A stretch of 43,719 nucleotides of DNA from an uncultured Porphyromonadaceae bacterium (GCA_964351455.1 CAYGOU010000001.1:18130-61848), one strand, 5' to 3'; positions 1-9,694 are shown, counted from the first letter of the stretch. The notes: generated by a model from the letters alone, not told the origin. Numbers and translations are program-made.

Positions 1-79
1 TACCGTTGTGGTTGGAAAGAGCAGCGCAGATATCCTCTCTGATTTTACCGTGATAGATGATGCACTAAGATTTTCTTAA
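1..79 (+). CDS. 3' end of upstream CDS, probably methionine aminopeptidase (partial)
   Basis: Frame 2 reads [25 protein letters not shown], then TAA at 77-79, 1 nt before infA. This resembles the C-terminal end of type I Map, which commonly precedes infA. Too short to be certain. Confidence 0.45.
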   Translation, partial: TVVVGKSSADILSDFTVIDDALRFS

Positions 80-80
80 T

Positions 81-302
81 ATGGCAAAGCAACCTTCGAT
101 CGAACAGGACGGAACCATTATCGAAGCATTGTCAAACGCAATGTTCCGGGTGCAGCTGGAAAATGGGCATATCATTACTGCCCATATCTCCGGTAAAATG
201 CGTATGCATTATATTAAAATATTGCCGGGTGACAAGGTGAAGGTTGAAATGTCACCCTATGATCTGACTAAAGGAAGAATTTCATACAGGTATAAAAACT
301 GA
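81..302 (+). CDS. infA: translation initiation factor IF-1
   Basis: 73 aa with ATG start. An S1-like IF-1 sequence ([20 protein letters not shown]...KGRISYRYK) in the canonical position before rpmJ. Confidence 0.97.
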   Translation: MAKQPSIEQDGTIIEALSNAMFRVQLENGHIITAHISGKMRMHYIKILPGDKVKVEMSPYDLTKGRISYRYKN

Positions 303-315
303 AAAGAGACCGAAC

Positions 316-432
316 ATGAAAATTAGAGCATCTGTTAAGAAGCGTTCAGCCGACTGCAAAATCGTTCGCAGAAAGGGACGTTTGTATGTGATCAACAAGA
401 AGAATCCCAAGTTCAAGCAGCGACAGGGATAG
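316..432 (+). CDS. rpmJ: 50S ribosomal protein L36
   Basis: Absent from the ORF track because it is only 38 aa. ATG at 316, TAG at 430-432. Translates to [38 protein letters not shown] and lies between infA and rpsM. Confidence 0.95.
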   Translation: MKIRASVKKRSADCKIVRRKGRLYVINKKNPKFKQRQG

Positions 433-464
433 ATTTGAAAAATAATTAATCAGGAATATTTTCT

Positions 465-842
465 ATGGCACGTATTGTTGGGGTTGACATTCCAAACAAC
501 AAAAGAGGTGAGGTCGCGCTCACTTACATTTACGGCATTGGACGCAGTTCTGCTCGTAAAATCTTACTGGAGGCAGGTGTTGACCCTGACCTTAAAGTTG
601 AAACCTGGACCGATGACCAGAGCGCTTCCATCCGTAATTTCATCAATGAGAATCTGAAAATTGAAGGCGAGCTACGTTCTGAAGTTCAGACAAACATCAA
701 AAGACTGATGGACATCGGCTGCTATCGTGGTATCAGACACCGTATCGGTCTTCCGGTAAGGGGCCAGAGCACCAAGAACAATGCCCGTACACGGAAGGGC
801 CGGCGTAAAACTGTAGCAAATAAGAAGAAAGCGACTAAATAA
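465..842 (+). CDS. rpsM: 30S ribosomal protein S13
   Basis: 125 aa. [14 protein letters not shown]... is the canonical S13 N-terminus, and the gene order fits. Confidence 0.97.
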   Translation: MARIVGVDIPNNKRGEVALTYIYGIGRSSARKILLEAGVDPDLKVETWTDDQSASIRNFINENLKIEGELRSEVQTNIKRLMDIGCYRGIRHRIGLPVRGQSTKNNARTRKGRRKTVANKKKATK

Positions 843-850
843 CCCGAATT

Positions 851-1243
851 ATGGCAAAGAAGAAATCCAAAGCGACGAAGAAACGGGTCGTACAAATTGA
901 ACCCCTCGGGCAGGCACATGTCCACTCTTCTTTCAACAATATCATCATCTCCCTTACCAACAATGCTGGTCAGGTTATCTCTTGGTCATCCAGCGGGAAA
1001 ATGGGATTCCGTGGTTCAAAGAAGAACACCCCTTACGCTGCTCAGGTAGCTGCCCAGGATGCTTCAAAGACAGCTTTCGACCTTGGACTGAGGAAGGTGA
1101 AGGTTTTTGTCAAAGGACCCGGAAATGGCAGGGAATCAGCCATTCGTACCATTCACAACACCGGCATTGAGGTCACTGAGATCGTGGATGTCACTCCTCT
1201 GCCCCACAATGGATGCCGGCCTCCGAAAAGAAGACGTGTCTAA
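851..1243 (+). CDS. rpsK: 30S ribosomal protein S11
   Basis: 130 aa with typical S11 sequence ([18 protein letters not shown]...[14 protein letters not shown]). Confidence 0.97.
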   Translation: MAKKKSKATKKRVVQIEPLGQAHVHSSFNNIIISLTNNAGQVISWSSSGKMGFRGSKKNTPYAAQVAAQDASKTAFDLGLRKVKVFVKGPGNGRESAIRTIHNTGIEVTEIVDVTPLPHNGCRPPKRRRV

Positions 1244-1276
1244 ACTGATCTGAAACAAACGAAAATAATACTTTAG

Positions 1277-1885
1277 ATGGCTAAATATATCGGACCGAAA
1301 ACAAGGATTGCCAGAAAATTTGGCGAGCCTATTTATGGCCCTGACAAGGTCCTGGAGAAAAAAAACTATCCTCCCGGATTTCATGGGCCCTCACGTCGCA
1401 GACGTAAACAGTCAGAATACGGAATTCAGCTGAAGGAAAAGCAAAAGGCCAAGTATACCTATGGTGTTTTAGAAAAGCAGTTTTCTAACCTGTTCAAGAA
1501 AGCACAGCGTACCAAAGGGATCACTGGTGAGGTACTGCTTCAGTTGCTTGAATCCAGGCTTGACAATGTGGTTTACAGGCTAGGGATTGCCCCAACACGT
1601 TCGGCTGCCCGCCAGTTGGTTGGCCATCGACATATTTTAGTCAATGGCGGAATTCTGAACATACCATCGTATACCGTAAAACCTGGTGAGACCATTGGCG
1701 TTCGAGAAAAATCAAAATCGCTGGAGGTGATCCAGGAATCCCTGGCCTCCGCTTCAAGGAGTCGCTATTCGTGGCTTGAATGGGATGAGTCCCATGTAGC
1801 CGGAAAATATCTGAATGTGCCAGACCGAGCTGATATTCCTGAGAACATCAAGGAGCAGCTCATCGTGGAATTGTATTCTAAATAA
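1277..1885 (+). CDS. rpsD: 30S ribosomal protein S4
   Basis: 202 aa. [19 protein letters not shown]... plus an S4 RNA-binding domain ([22 protein letters not shown]). Confidence 0.97.
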   Translation: MAKYIGPKTRIARKFGEPIYGPDKVLEKKNYPPGFHGPSRRRRKQSEYGIQLKEKQKAKYTYGVLEKQFSNLFKKAQRTKGITGEVLLQLLESRLDNVVYRLGIAPTRSAARQLVGHRHILVNGGILNIPSYTVKPGETIGVREKSKSLEVIQESLASASRSRYSWLEWDESHVAGKYLNVPDRADIPENIKEQLIVELYSK

Positions 1886-1902
1886 TCATTAAAACCTGAT
1901 CC

Positions 1903-2895
1903 ATGGCCATTTTATCATTTCAAAAACCGGATAAGGTCATCCTGCTCGAATCAAATCAGCATTTAGGCAGATTTGAGTTCAGACCTCTTGAACCCGGGTA
2001 TGGAATCACCATCGGAAATTCTTTGCGCCGCATCCTTTTAAGTTCATTGGAGGGATTTGCAATCACCACGGTCAAAATTGAGGGAGTGGATCATGAATTC
2101 TCAACCATTAAGGGTGTAATTGAGGATGTTACTGAAATCATTCTCAACCTTAAGCAGATCAGGTTGAAGCAGCAGATCGAAGGTGTTGAGGATGAGAGGG
2201 TAACTGTTACTGTAACCGGGCAGGACATGCTTAAGGCCGGTGACATAGGCAATTTTGTCAGTGGGTTTAAGGTGTTGAATCCTGACTTGGTCATTTGCAA
2301 CATGGAGCCTTCCGTTAAGCTGCAGATGACCCTCACCATTCATAAAGGAAGAGGCTATGTTCCCTCAGAAGAGAACAAGCCGGATGAGAGTGAAATAGGA
2401 CTGATTGCGGTTGATAGCATCTTTACCCCGATCAAGAACGTAAAGTTTCAGATTGAGAACTATAGGGTTGAACAGAAGACTGACTACGAGAAGTTACTCA
2501 TTGAAGTGACCACGGATGGTTCGATTCATCCAAAGGATGCCCTCAAGGAGGCTGCCAAGATTCTGATTCATCACCTGATGTTATTCTCCGATGAAAAGAT
2601 CACCCTGGATGCTGAGGATAAGTTTGACAGCGATGAATTTGACGAGGAGGTGCTTCATATGCGTCAGTTGCTCAAAACAAAACTGACCGACCTCGATTTG
2701 TCAGTCAGGGCTTTGAATTGCCTTAAGGCTGCAGACGTAGAGACACTTGGAGACCTGGTCTCTTACAACAAAAACGACCTCTTGAAATTCAGAAACTTCG
2801 GTAAGAAGTCCCTGACCGAACTTGAGGACCTGCTCAAGGCAATGAGCCTGAATTTCGGTATGGAGGTTGCCAAGTACAAATTAGACAAGGAATAA
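1903..2895 (+). CDS. rpoA: DNA-directed RNA polymerase subunit alpha
   Basis: 330 aa. N-terminal domain motif ([20 protein letters not shown]) and a C-terminal HhH domain ([23 protein letters not shown]). Confidence 0.97.
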   Translation: MAILSFQKPDKVILLESNQHLGRFEFRPLEPGYGITIGNSLRRILLSSLEGFAITTVKIEGVDHEFSTIKGVIEDVTEIILNLKQIRLKQQIEGVEDERVTVTVTGQDMLKAGDIGNFVSGFKVLNPDLVICNMEPSVKLQMTLTIHKGRGYVPSEENKPDESEIGLIAVDSIFTPIKNVKFQIENYRVEQKTDYEKLLIEVTTDGSIHPKDALKEAAKILIHHLMLFSDEKITLDAEDKFDSDEFDEEVLHMRQLLKTKLTDLDLSVRALNCLKAADVETLGDLVSYNKNDLLKFRNFGKKSLTELEDLLKAMSLNFGMEVAKYKLDKE

Positions 2896-2902
2896 CGGAA
2901 CA

Positions 2903-3565
2903 ATGAGACATAATAAAAAAATCAATCATCTCGGGCGAAAAAGCGAGCATCGCGAAGCCATGCTGGGCAACATGGCCTCATCCTTAATCATGCATAAGCG
3001 AATCAATACAACCGTTGCAAAAGCAAAAGCGCTTAGGATTTTCGTTGAACCCATTATTACCCGGGCCAAAGAAGATACAACCCATGCCCGCCGTGTGGTT
3101 TTTAGCCAGCTTCGGTCTAAATTTGCCGTTACGGAACTTTTCCGCGAAGTGGCTGTTAAGGTTGGTGATCGTCCGGGTGGCTACACAAGAATCCTAAAAA
3201 CCGGAACCCGGTTGGGTGACAGTGCTGAAATGTGTATGATTGAGCTGGTTGATTTCAATGAGCACATGCTGGCATCCAAGGAGGATGCAAAAGGTAAAAC
3301 CCGTCGTTCAAGAAGATCAACTGCTAAGAAAAAGGATGCTCCGGTTACCGCTGGCAAGACCACCAAAGCAGCTATCGCAGCCACTCCTGTACTTACAGAA
3401 GAAGTAGTCGCTGAGGTTCAACCGGCTGATGAGGTACAGCCTCTGGAGCAGGTTGATGAGGCCGGTGTTGATGTTCAGGTTACACAAAATGAAGAAACTG
3501 ATGTCCAGTCCGAACAGGATTCGGTGCAGTCGGACGAGGAAAAGGATCCCTCAAAGGATCAGTAG
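2903..3565 (+). CDS. rplQ: 50S ribosomal protein L17 with a long basic-then-acidic C-terminal extension
   Basis: The L17 core occupies about aa 1-120 ([21 protein letters not shown]...GGYTRILK). It continues in frame for about 100 more residues with no stop. Confidence 0.93.
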   Translation: MRHNKKINHLGRKSEHREAMLGNMASSLIMHKRINTTVAKAKALRIFVEPIITRAKEDTTHARRVVFSQLRSKFAVTELFREVAVKVGDRPGGYTRILKTGTRLGDSAEMCMIELVDFNEHMLASKEDAKGKTRRSRRSTAKKKDAPVTAGKTTKAAIAATPVLTEEVVAEVQPADEVQPLEQVDEAGVDVQVTQNEETDVQSEQDSVQSDEEKDPSKDQ

Positions 3566-3590
3566 TTTTTCATCTCAATACTGTATTAAA

Positions 3591-3626
3591 AATCCCGGTT
3601 GTTTCAGCCGGGATTTCTTATTTTTA
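3591..3626 (+). terminator. Rho-independent terminator after rplQ
   Basis: 8-bp stem AATCCCGG (3591-3598) / CCGGGATT (3608-3615) with a 9-nt loop, followed by TCTTATTTTT. Confidence 0.65.
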
Positions 3627-3643
3627 GGCATAGCATCTTTTTT

Positions 3644-5533
3644 ATGGATTTGCAGAAGTTTATCAAGCTACTGGAGAAGCAGGGAGAATTGGTTCGTATA
3701 TCCGAAAAGGTATCTCCCGTATTGCAAATGACGGAGATAACCGACCGGATATCGAAACTACCCGGGGGAGGTAAGGCATTGTTATTTGAGTCAACCGGGA
3801 CGAGTTTTCCGGTTCTGATCAACTCGCTTGGGTCGAAAGAAAGGATCCAAATCGCTTTCAGAGGCGCAAGTCCTGATGATTTATCCAATAGTTTGTCAGG
3901 TTTACTGGACACACTCACCCGCCAGGGGGGAGGGTTTTCTTCCAGGATGGCCATGCTGCCAAAACTCAAGAAAATATCATCCTGGATACCATCCCGAAGC
4001 AGTTCAAAGGGAAGCTGTCAGCAGATTGTCATGGATGATCCTGATCTTACCAAGCTGCCGGTTCTATCCTGCTGGCCTAAGGATGGGGGGCCTTTCATTA
4101 CCCTGCCTATGGTGCATACTCACGACCCGGAGACCGGTCAAAAGAATCTTGGCATGTACCGGATGCAGGTTTTCTCAAAGGATGAAACCGGTATGCATTG
4201 GCAACTTCACAAAACAGGTGCCAGACATTTCAGGGCTTTTAAGCAGATGGGCAGGCGAATGCCGGTTACCGTAACACTGGGAGGGGATCCCGTTTATACC
4301 TATTGCGCAACAGCTCCTCTTCCTGATGGTATAGATGAATACCTGCTGGCAGGTTTTATCCGTCAGAGGAGTGTGAAAATGGTCAGATGCCTGACCAATG
4401 AACTCTGGGTTCCTGAAGATGTGGATTTCGTTATTGAGGGTTATGTTGATCCCGGAGAACCCTTGCGCAGGGAGGGCCCATTCGGTGATCACACCGGTTT
4501 TTATTCTCTGGAGGATGACTATCCGGTTTTTCACGTTACAGCCATTACCCACCGTAAGGATGCGGTCTATCCGGCAACAATCGTAGGCATACCACCCCAG
4601 GAGGATGCTACCCTCGCATGGGTGACAGAAAAACTCTTCATACCGGCAATCAGGATGACCATGATGCCTGAACTTTTGGATCTTCACCTTCCGCCTGCCG
4701 GCGTGGCACACAACATTGCTCTGTTCTGCATGCAACCTGAATATCCCGGACATGCAAGGAAATTGATGCATAGCATTTGGGGCGGGGGACAAATGATGTT
4801 TACCAAATATGCCGTTGCTATGCCGGCAGATCTGAAACTTCGGGATTATCTGGAGGTGCTGAGAACGATATCACGAAAAGTTGACCCCTTGCAGCATCTT
4901 GAGTTAGGCTATGGTCCTTTGGATGTGCTCGATCATGCAGCAGAAAAGCCATTTGAAGGGGGTAAACTGGGCATTGATGCTTCAGGATTGGACTTGTCAT
5001 CTGAAATCCTGAATGCACCTGCTCCGGATGCAACCCGCATCATGTCATTCAGATCCAGCAATCCTGATATAGTTGATTTAAATTTGGATTCTTTAAAGCA
5101 TGGCATTTCAGCCGGACTTATCTCCATCAGAAAAAGCCGTAAAGGACAGCTTAGGGAACTGGCCGACGAAATCAGGCTGACAGAGGGATTCAATCGGATT
5201 CGGTTCTGGCTTTTATACGATGCTGAGGTTGATCTTACCGACGTGGATCAATTGGTCTGGATCATGGGAAGTCACACCGACCTTTCAAGGGACGCCTGGA
5301 TTTATGCCGTACCAGCAGGTCCCCGTCATGGCATTCTGTTTCTGGATTGCACCCGAAAAACCAGGGAGTATGATGGATTTGAACACAGGTGGCCAAATCC
5401 GGTGGTGATGGACCAGAAAACCATTGACTGGGTTGATTCAAAATGGACCAGGCTCGGATTGGGAGGCCAGATACAATCACCTTCGGTGAAGTACCGATGC
5501 TTGTCAAAAGGAAGCGAAGCGGTAGCAGAATAA
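3644..5533 (+). CDS. UbiD-family decarboxylase (menaquinone/ubiquinone-type prenylated aromatic decarboxylase)
   Basis: UbiD-like N-terminus MDLQKFIKLLEKQGELVRISEKVSP...GGGKALLFE and conserved GMYRMQV...HW. The track start at 3599 is a TTG lying inside the rplQ terminator, so ATG 3644 is preferred. Confidence 0.85.
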   Translation: MDLQKFIKLLEKQGELVRISEKVSPVLQMTEITDRISKLPGGGKALLFESTGTSFPVLINSLGSKERIQIAFRGASPDDLSNSLSGLLDTLTRQGGGFSSRMAMLPKLKKISSWIPSRSSSKGSCQQIVMDDPDLTKLPVLSCWPKDGGPFITLPMVHTHDPETGQKNLGMYRMQVFSKDETGMHWQLHKTGARHFRAFKQMGRRMPVTVTLGGDPVYTYCATAPLPDGIDEYLLAGFIRQRSVKMVRCLTNELWVPEDVDFVIEGYVDPGEPLRREGPFGDHTGFYSLEDDYPVFHVTAITHRKDAVYPATIVGIPPQEDATLAWVTEKLFIPAIRMTMMPELLDLHLPPAGVAHNIALFCMQPEYPGHARKLMHSIWGGGQMMFTKYAVAMPADLKLRDYLEVLRTISRKVDPLQHLELGYGPLDVLDHAAEKPFEGGKLGIDASGLDLSSEILNAPAPDATRIMSFRSSNPDIVDLNLDSLKHGISAGLISIRKSRKGQLRELADEIRLTEGFNRIRFWLLYDAEVDLTDVDQLVWIMGSHTDLSRDAWIYAVPAGPRHGILFLDCTRKTREYDGFEHRWPNPVVMDQKTIDWVDSKWTRLGLGGQIQSPSVKYRCLSKGSEAVAE

Positions 5534-5559
5534 AAAACCGGGCCTTGCCCGGTTTTTTT
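5533..5559. terminator. bidirectional Rho-independent terminator between convergent genes
   Basis: AAAAA-CCGGGC-ctt-GCCCGG-TTTTTTT. A GC stem flanked by an A-tract and a T-tract fills the whole 27-nt gap between the UbiD-like stop (5533) and the DsbD-like stop (5561). Confidence 0.65.
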
Positions 5560-5560
5560 A

Positions 5561-7591
5561 TTATTGTTTGTTAAACTCCGTTAATCCTGTATCCAGAAAC
5601 TCAATAAACCGGTCAACATTAAGATCGTAAGCAGTTGCTTCGGTCAGCATATTGCCTTCGGTATCCAACAGAAGATAATAGGGTTGCGAGTTGGTTCCGT
5701 AACGGGTAATCTGAAAATCCTGGTATTTTTTTCCAAGGGTCTTTTTGATTTTTCCGTCATACGTTGACGTTACCCATTCTGATTCTTCCAGTTTAATACT
5801 TTTGTCGTCAACATACAAGGCAATGATGATATAGTCCTCCCTGAGACGTTTCAGCACCCGGGGATCTGACCAAACACGGTCTTCCATTTCACGACAGTTG
5901 ACACATCCATGTCCCGTGAAATCAATAAAGACAGGCTTGTTAACCATTCTGGCACAATCCATTCCCTGTTCGTAATCGAAATATCCCGTTAGTCCGTGTG
6001 GAAGTTTGAGCCGGTCGCTGTACCGTGGTTTTTCGCAAATGGATGAAGCTTCGGTAAATTGTGCCTGTTTTCCGACGGATGCATTTTGCCTGATAACCTC
6101 CTTAAGGTCAAAGTCGTGGGTTGTAATGGGCGGCAGATATCCTGCCAGCGCCTTTAGCGGTGCCCCGATCATACCGGGAATCAGATAGACTACAAATGAA
6201 AAAGTGACAATCACCAGGAAAAGTCTAAAAACTCCAATATGCTTGAGATCGCTGTCGTGCTTGAATTTGATCTTTCCTAGAAGGTAAAAGCCTAATAGGG
6301 TGAAAATTACGATCCAAATAGCAAGGTATACCTCCCTGTCAAGCAGTCCCCAATGATAAGTCTGGTCTGCTATGCTGAGAAACTTCAGTCCAAGAGCCAG
6401 TTCCAGAAATCCAAGAACCACCTTGACCGAATTCAGCCAACCGCCAGATTTCGGCAGTCCTGTCAACCATGAAGGGAAGATTGCGAAAAGGGTAAAAGGA
6501 AGCGCGAAGGCAAGTGAGAAACCCAACATCCCTATAATAGGTTCGACCAAAGCACCACCAGCGGATTCAACAAGGATGGTTCCGACGATTGGACCAGTAC
6601 ATGAAAAGGAAACCAGGACCAAGGTAAAAGCCATGAAAAAGGGCCCTCCCAGTCCGCCTTTGTCGACCTGCTGATCTGACTTGCTGATCATCCATGAAGG
6701 CAGGGTGATCTCAAACATGCCAAAGAACCATGCCGCAAAAAATACAAAAACCAGAAAAAACAGAATATTTGGGAGCCAGTGTGTGCTTAAGAAATTGGCT
6801 ATTCCCGGTCCGAAAAGAATGGCCACCAGCGTTCCTATGATCGTGTAAATTCCGATGATTGAAAGTCCAAAAAAGAGCGCCTTGAAAAGTGATTTGCGCT
6901 TGGATTCATTGCCGTGCATAAAAAATGAGACGGTCATCGGTATCATAGGGAAGACACATGGAGTGAGAAGCGCAATCAGTCCCGCAAGGAAAGCTATAAA
7001 AAAAAGAGACCATAAAGATCTCGAAGTCAGGTCTATGGGGGTTCTTGGGTTGAGCTTTCGCTTATCACCGGTCTCATTGACCTTAACGGGTGGTCCTGTT
7101 TCTTTCTGAATTTCTCCCCCCTCCTGGATGGTTTCATCGGGTTTAATTCTGAGTTCGAAATCGGATCCGACCAGGGTGCATTGTTTATCATCACAGGCCT
7201 GACCGGCTACCTCACCACTGACAACAAACGAATCGCCGGTAAGAACCTTGATTCGCTGGATAAAGGAGGCCTGAATGCTGTGCAAACCTACTTCCATTTC
7301 GAAGAGGGGGTCAAACTTGACAACAGCAGCTGGCATCTCCCTTAGAGAGTCAACAGTTATAAACTTATCCGATTCCTCGAGGATGAATTCAACAGGTAAA
7401 GGACCCCCGGCTGGTAATTTTATTCCATAGACATTCCAACCGGGTTCAATGCTTGCCTTGGCAACAAGGTCATAATGATCCTGGCTCACCCTGACCGTTG
7501 AAAACGACCACTGTACGGGTTCGAGGATCTGGGTGTTACCGGAGGTGATTCCGGCAAAAAACCATGAAAGTAGGATCAGAACTCTTTTCAT
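5561..7591 (-). CDS. DsbD-family thiol:disulfide interchange protein (protein-disulfide reductase)
   Basis: 676 aa. Signal peptide, N-terminal periplasmic domain, multi-TM core with Cys (LTPCVFPMIP) and a C-terminal thioredoxin fold with CVNC (FTGHGCVNCREME). Confidence 0.85.
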   Translation of the reverse strand: MKRVLILLSWFFAGITSGNTQILEPVQWSFSTVRVSQDHYDLVAKASIEPGWNVYGIKLPAGGPLPVEFILEESDKFITVDSLREMPAAVVKFDPLFEMEVGLHSIQASFIQRIKVLTGDSFVVSGEVAGQACDDKQCTLVGSDFELRIKPDETIQEGGEIQKETGPPVKVNETGDKRKLNPRTPIDLTSRSLWSLFFIAFLAGLIALLTPCVFPMIPMTVSFFMHGNESKRKSLFKALFFGLSIIGIYTIIGTLVAILFGPGIANFLSTHWLPNILFFLVFVFFAAWFFGMFEITLPSWMISKSDQQVDKGGLGGPFFMAFTLVLVSFSCTGPIVGTILVESAGGALVEPIIGMLGFSLAFALPFTLFAIFPSWLTGLPKSGGWLNSVKVVLGFLELALGLKFLSIADQTYHWGLLDREVYLAIWIVIFTLLGFYLLGKIKFKHDSDLKHIGVFRLFLVIVTFSFVVYLIPGMIGAPLKALAGYLPPITTHDFDLKEVIRQNASVGKQAQFTEASSICEKPRYSDRLKLPHGLTGYFDYEQGMDCARMVNKPVFIDFTGHGCVNCREMEDRVWSDPRVLKRLREDYIIIALYVDDKSIKLEESEWVTSTYDGKIKKTLGKKYQDFQITRYGTNSQPYYLLLDTEGNMLTEATAYDLNVDRFIEFLDTGLTEFNKQ

Positions 7592-7598
7592 AAATATT

Positions 7599-9149
7599 TT
7601 AAAGGATTATTTTTTCACCATTCTTGTCTAAAAAGGCATACTGAACCAGTCCAACATTCGGATCAGTCTGGATTCTGAGGTATGTTTTGTGCTTCATGGC
7701 CCATTTCAGGCGGATTGAGGGGATCCCCCTCTTCAGGTAAGCTGCCAGATAGGGGTGGGCGAGTAGGGTGACCTTTGCAGAAGGATCTTTATCGAGAATG
7801 AAAATCAGGTTGTTATGAATCTGGTCAACAAGCAGTATGGTGGGGGTTACTTCCCCGGTGCCCAGGCAAGTGGGACAGGTCTCCATGATCTGGATGTCCA
7901 TTTCAGGCCTTACTCTTTGTCGTGTGATCTGCATCACACCGAATTTGCTGAGGGGCAGGATATAGTGTTTGGCTCTGTCGTTGCTCATGGCGGCCTTCAT
8001 GGCTTCATAAACCTTATGGCGATGTTCGGTTACCACCATGTCAATGAAATCTATGACAATGATCCCCCCCATATCCCTCAATCGTAGTTGTCTGGCAATT
8101 TCCTCAGCTGCCGCAACATTCACATCCAGGGCATTGCTTTCCTGGTCTTTCATGCTTTGTGAACGGTTGCCACTATTTACATCGATCACATGGAGGGCCT
8201 CGGTATGCTCAATGATCAGGTAGGCTCCGCTTTTAAAAGATACCGTTTTCCCAAACAGTGCTTTGATCTGTTTGTCAATGCCGAAGTGTTCAAAGATCGG
8301 AACCCGACCAGAATAATGCTTTACAATTTTTTGCTTTTCCGGGGCGATGTTACCGATGAAATCCTTGATTTCGCGATAGAGGGACTGGTCGTTTACGTAA
8401 ACATTATTGAAGGAAGGACTCAGTACATCCCTTAGAATGGCTGAGGTTCTGTTCAATTCCCCCAACATCAGGGACGGCGCGGTCATACCCTTAATGTTTC
8501 TGAATATTGACTCCCAATTCTCTACCAGCCCCCTCAGCTCAGCGTCAAGGACAGCCACTTTTCGTTCCTTGGCAACTGTTCGGACAATGACTCCGTAGTT
8601 TTTCGGTTTAATGCTGAGTATGAGTCGTTTAAGTCGATTCCTCTCCTCCTCTGACTTGATTTTTGTCGAAACAGAAACTTTGTCTGAAAACGGCAACAGC
8701 ACCAGATTTCGGCCTGCAAGGGATATCTCGCTGGTAAGTCTTGGCCCTTTTGACGAGATCGGCTCTTTGGCAATTTGCACGAGGATTTGCTGACCGGCCT
8801 TCATCAGGTCGGTTATCTTTCCATGCTTGTCAATGTCCTTCTCGGTTTTAAACTTTTCAAGAGATGGAAGTTTAACCTTTCTGCTCTGGGCGAGGTTAAG
8901 GTAATTCGTGAGGCTCTGGAACTGCGGGCCCAGATCCAGGTAATGCAGAAATGCATCCTTTTCATACCCGACATCCACAAAGACCGCATTCAATCCAGGC
9001 ATGATCTTCTTGATCTTACCCAGGTAGATATCTCCAACAGCAAATTGCAGGTTGGATTTCTCCTTGTTGAGTTCTACCAGCCTTTTGTCCTCAAGAAGCG
9101 CGATGGAAATGTCGTTCGTTCCGGCATTGACGATCAGTTCGCTACTCAC
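7599..9149 (-). CDS. rng: ribonuclease G/E family endoribonuclease
   Basis: 516 aa with a GTG start. S1 domain (GDIYLGKIKKIMPGLNAVFVDVG) and catalytic core motifs (VIDVNSG, GGIIVIDFIDM). Confidence 0.9.
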   Translation of the reverse strand: MSSELIVNAGTNDISIALLEDKRLVELNKEKSNLQFAVGDIYLGKIKKIMPGLNAVFVDVGYEKDAFLHYLDLGPQFQSLTNYLNLAQSRKVKLPSLEKFKTEKDIDKHGKITDLMKAGQQILVQIAKEPISSKGPRLTSEISLAGRNLVLLPFSDKVSVSTKIKSEEERNRLKRLILSIKPKNYGVIVRTVAKERKVAVLDAELRGLVENWESIFRNIKGMTAPSLMLGELNRTSAILRDVLSPSFNNVYVNDQSLYREIKDFIGNIAPEKQKIVKHYSGRVPIFEHFGIDKQIKALFGKTVSFKSGAYLIIEHTEALHVIDVNSGNRSQSMKDQESNALDVNVAAAEEIARQLRLRDMGGIIVIDFIDMVVTEHRHKVYEAMKAAMSNDRAKHYILPLSKFGVMQITRQRVRPEMDIQIMETCPTCLGTGEVTPTILLVDQIHNNLIFILDKDPSAKVTLLAHPYLAAYLKRGIPSIRLKWAMKHKTYLRIQTDPNVGLVQYAFLDKNGEKIIL

Positions 9150-9197
9150 CGTATTTTTCTCTTAGGGTTAAGAAAACATACCTGATCAATAAACAGC

Positions 9198-9229
9198 ATA
9201 AACCTAAAGGGAAATCCCTTTAGGTTTAT
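9198..9229 (-). terminator. perfect 14-bp hairpin: terminator/attenuator between the bS22-like ORF and rng
   Basis: ATAAACCTAAAGGG (9198-9211) pairs perfectly with CCCTTTAGGTTTAT (9216-9229) around a 4-nt loop. On the minus strand it is followed by GCTGTTTATT, with no clean U-tract. It lies 49 nt upstream of the rng GTG. Confidence 0.4.
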
Positions 9230-9254
9230 ACCGGAAACATCCTGTCAGACAGGA

Positions 9255-9347
9255 TTATTTCTTCTTCTTATGGCGATTCTTACGCAAACGCTTTTTGCGC
9301 TTGTGCGTGGCCATTTTATGTCTTTTACGTTTTTTACCGCTTGGCAT
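9255..9347 (-). CDS. 30-aa Lys/Arg-rich peptide, probable ribosomal protein bS22-like (AURKAIP1/COX24-type)
   Basis: Not in the ORF track. ATG at 9347, TAA at 9255-9257. Translates to MPSGKKRKRHKMATHKRKKRLRKNRHKKKK. Lies 31 nt downstream of HU on the same strand. Family assignment is from memory of similar small basic proteins. Confidence 0.6.
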   Translation of the reverse strand: MPSGKKRKRHKMATHKRKKRLRKNRHKKKK

Positions 9348-9378
9348 AAGCTATCAGTTTTGTGATATTGACCCCAGA

Positions 9379-9666
9379 CTACTTCTTAACGTTATCCTTG
9401 ACCTTGGTCACAAAGCTTTTAGCTGGCTTGAAAGAGGGGATAAAGTGCTGCGGAATGATCAGGGTGGTGTTCCGGGAAATATTGCGGGCAGTTTTCTCTG
9501 CTCTTTTCTTCACTACGAAGCTGCCGAATCCTCTAAGATAAACGTTGTTACCATGTACCAGGCTCTGCTTAATCGTACCCATGAAGGCTTCAACGGTCTT
9601 CTGGACAGCTACTTTCTCGATCCCGGTGTTCTTGCTGATTTCGTTAACGATGTCTGCTTTAGTCAT
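9379..9666 (-). CDS. HU-family DNA-binding protein
   Basis: 95 aa. MTKADIVNEISKNTGIEK...VYLRGFGSFVVKKRAEKTARNI is a typical HU/IHF fold sequence. Confidence 0.93.
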   Translation of the reverse strand: MTKADIVNEISKNTGIEKVAVQKTVEAFMGTIKQSLVHGNNVYLRGFGSFVVKKRAEKTARNISRNTTLIIPQHFIPSFKPAKSFVTKVKDNVKK

Positions 9667-9694
9667 TTTTAAATATCTTTAGTTATCAACTCAT

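Noticed and set aside
3619-3626. TATTTTTA in the U-tract of the rplQ terminator as a possible -7 box for the UbiD-like gene
   Set aside because: It matches only 7 of 8 positions (final G replaced by A) and is indistinguishable from a plain terminator T-tract. Similar 7/8 matches occur upstream of ssb (10021-10028) and tkt, and these were likewise not called.
3599-3643. TTG/ATG N-terminal extensions of track ORFs (3599, 16835, 27450, 34363, 37383, 38428, 40735, 42269, 25066)
   Set aside because: In each case the extension overlaps a terminator, a promoter box or the neighbouring gene. A downstream ATG gives a canonical N-terminus or signal peptide, so the shorter models were used.
4175-4792. 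205-aa ORF antisense to the UbiD-family gene
   Set aside because: A shadow ORF inside a strongly supported CDS, with non-protein-like composition and no independent signals.
9295-9672. 125-aa plus-strand ORF covering the HU and bS22-like region
   Set aside because: It starts with TTG and lies antisense to two genes whose products are clearly recognisable (HU and the hyper-basic peptide). It is a shadow ORF.
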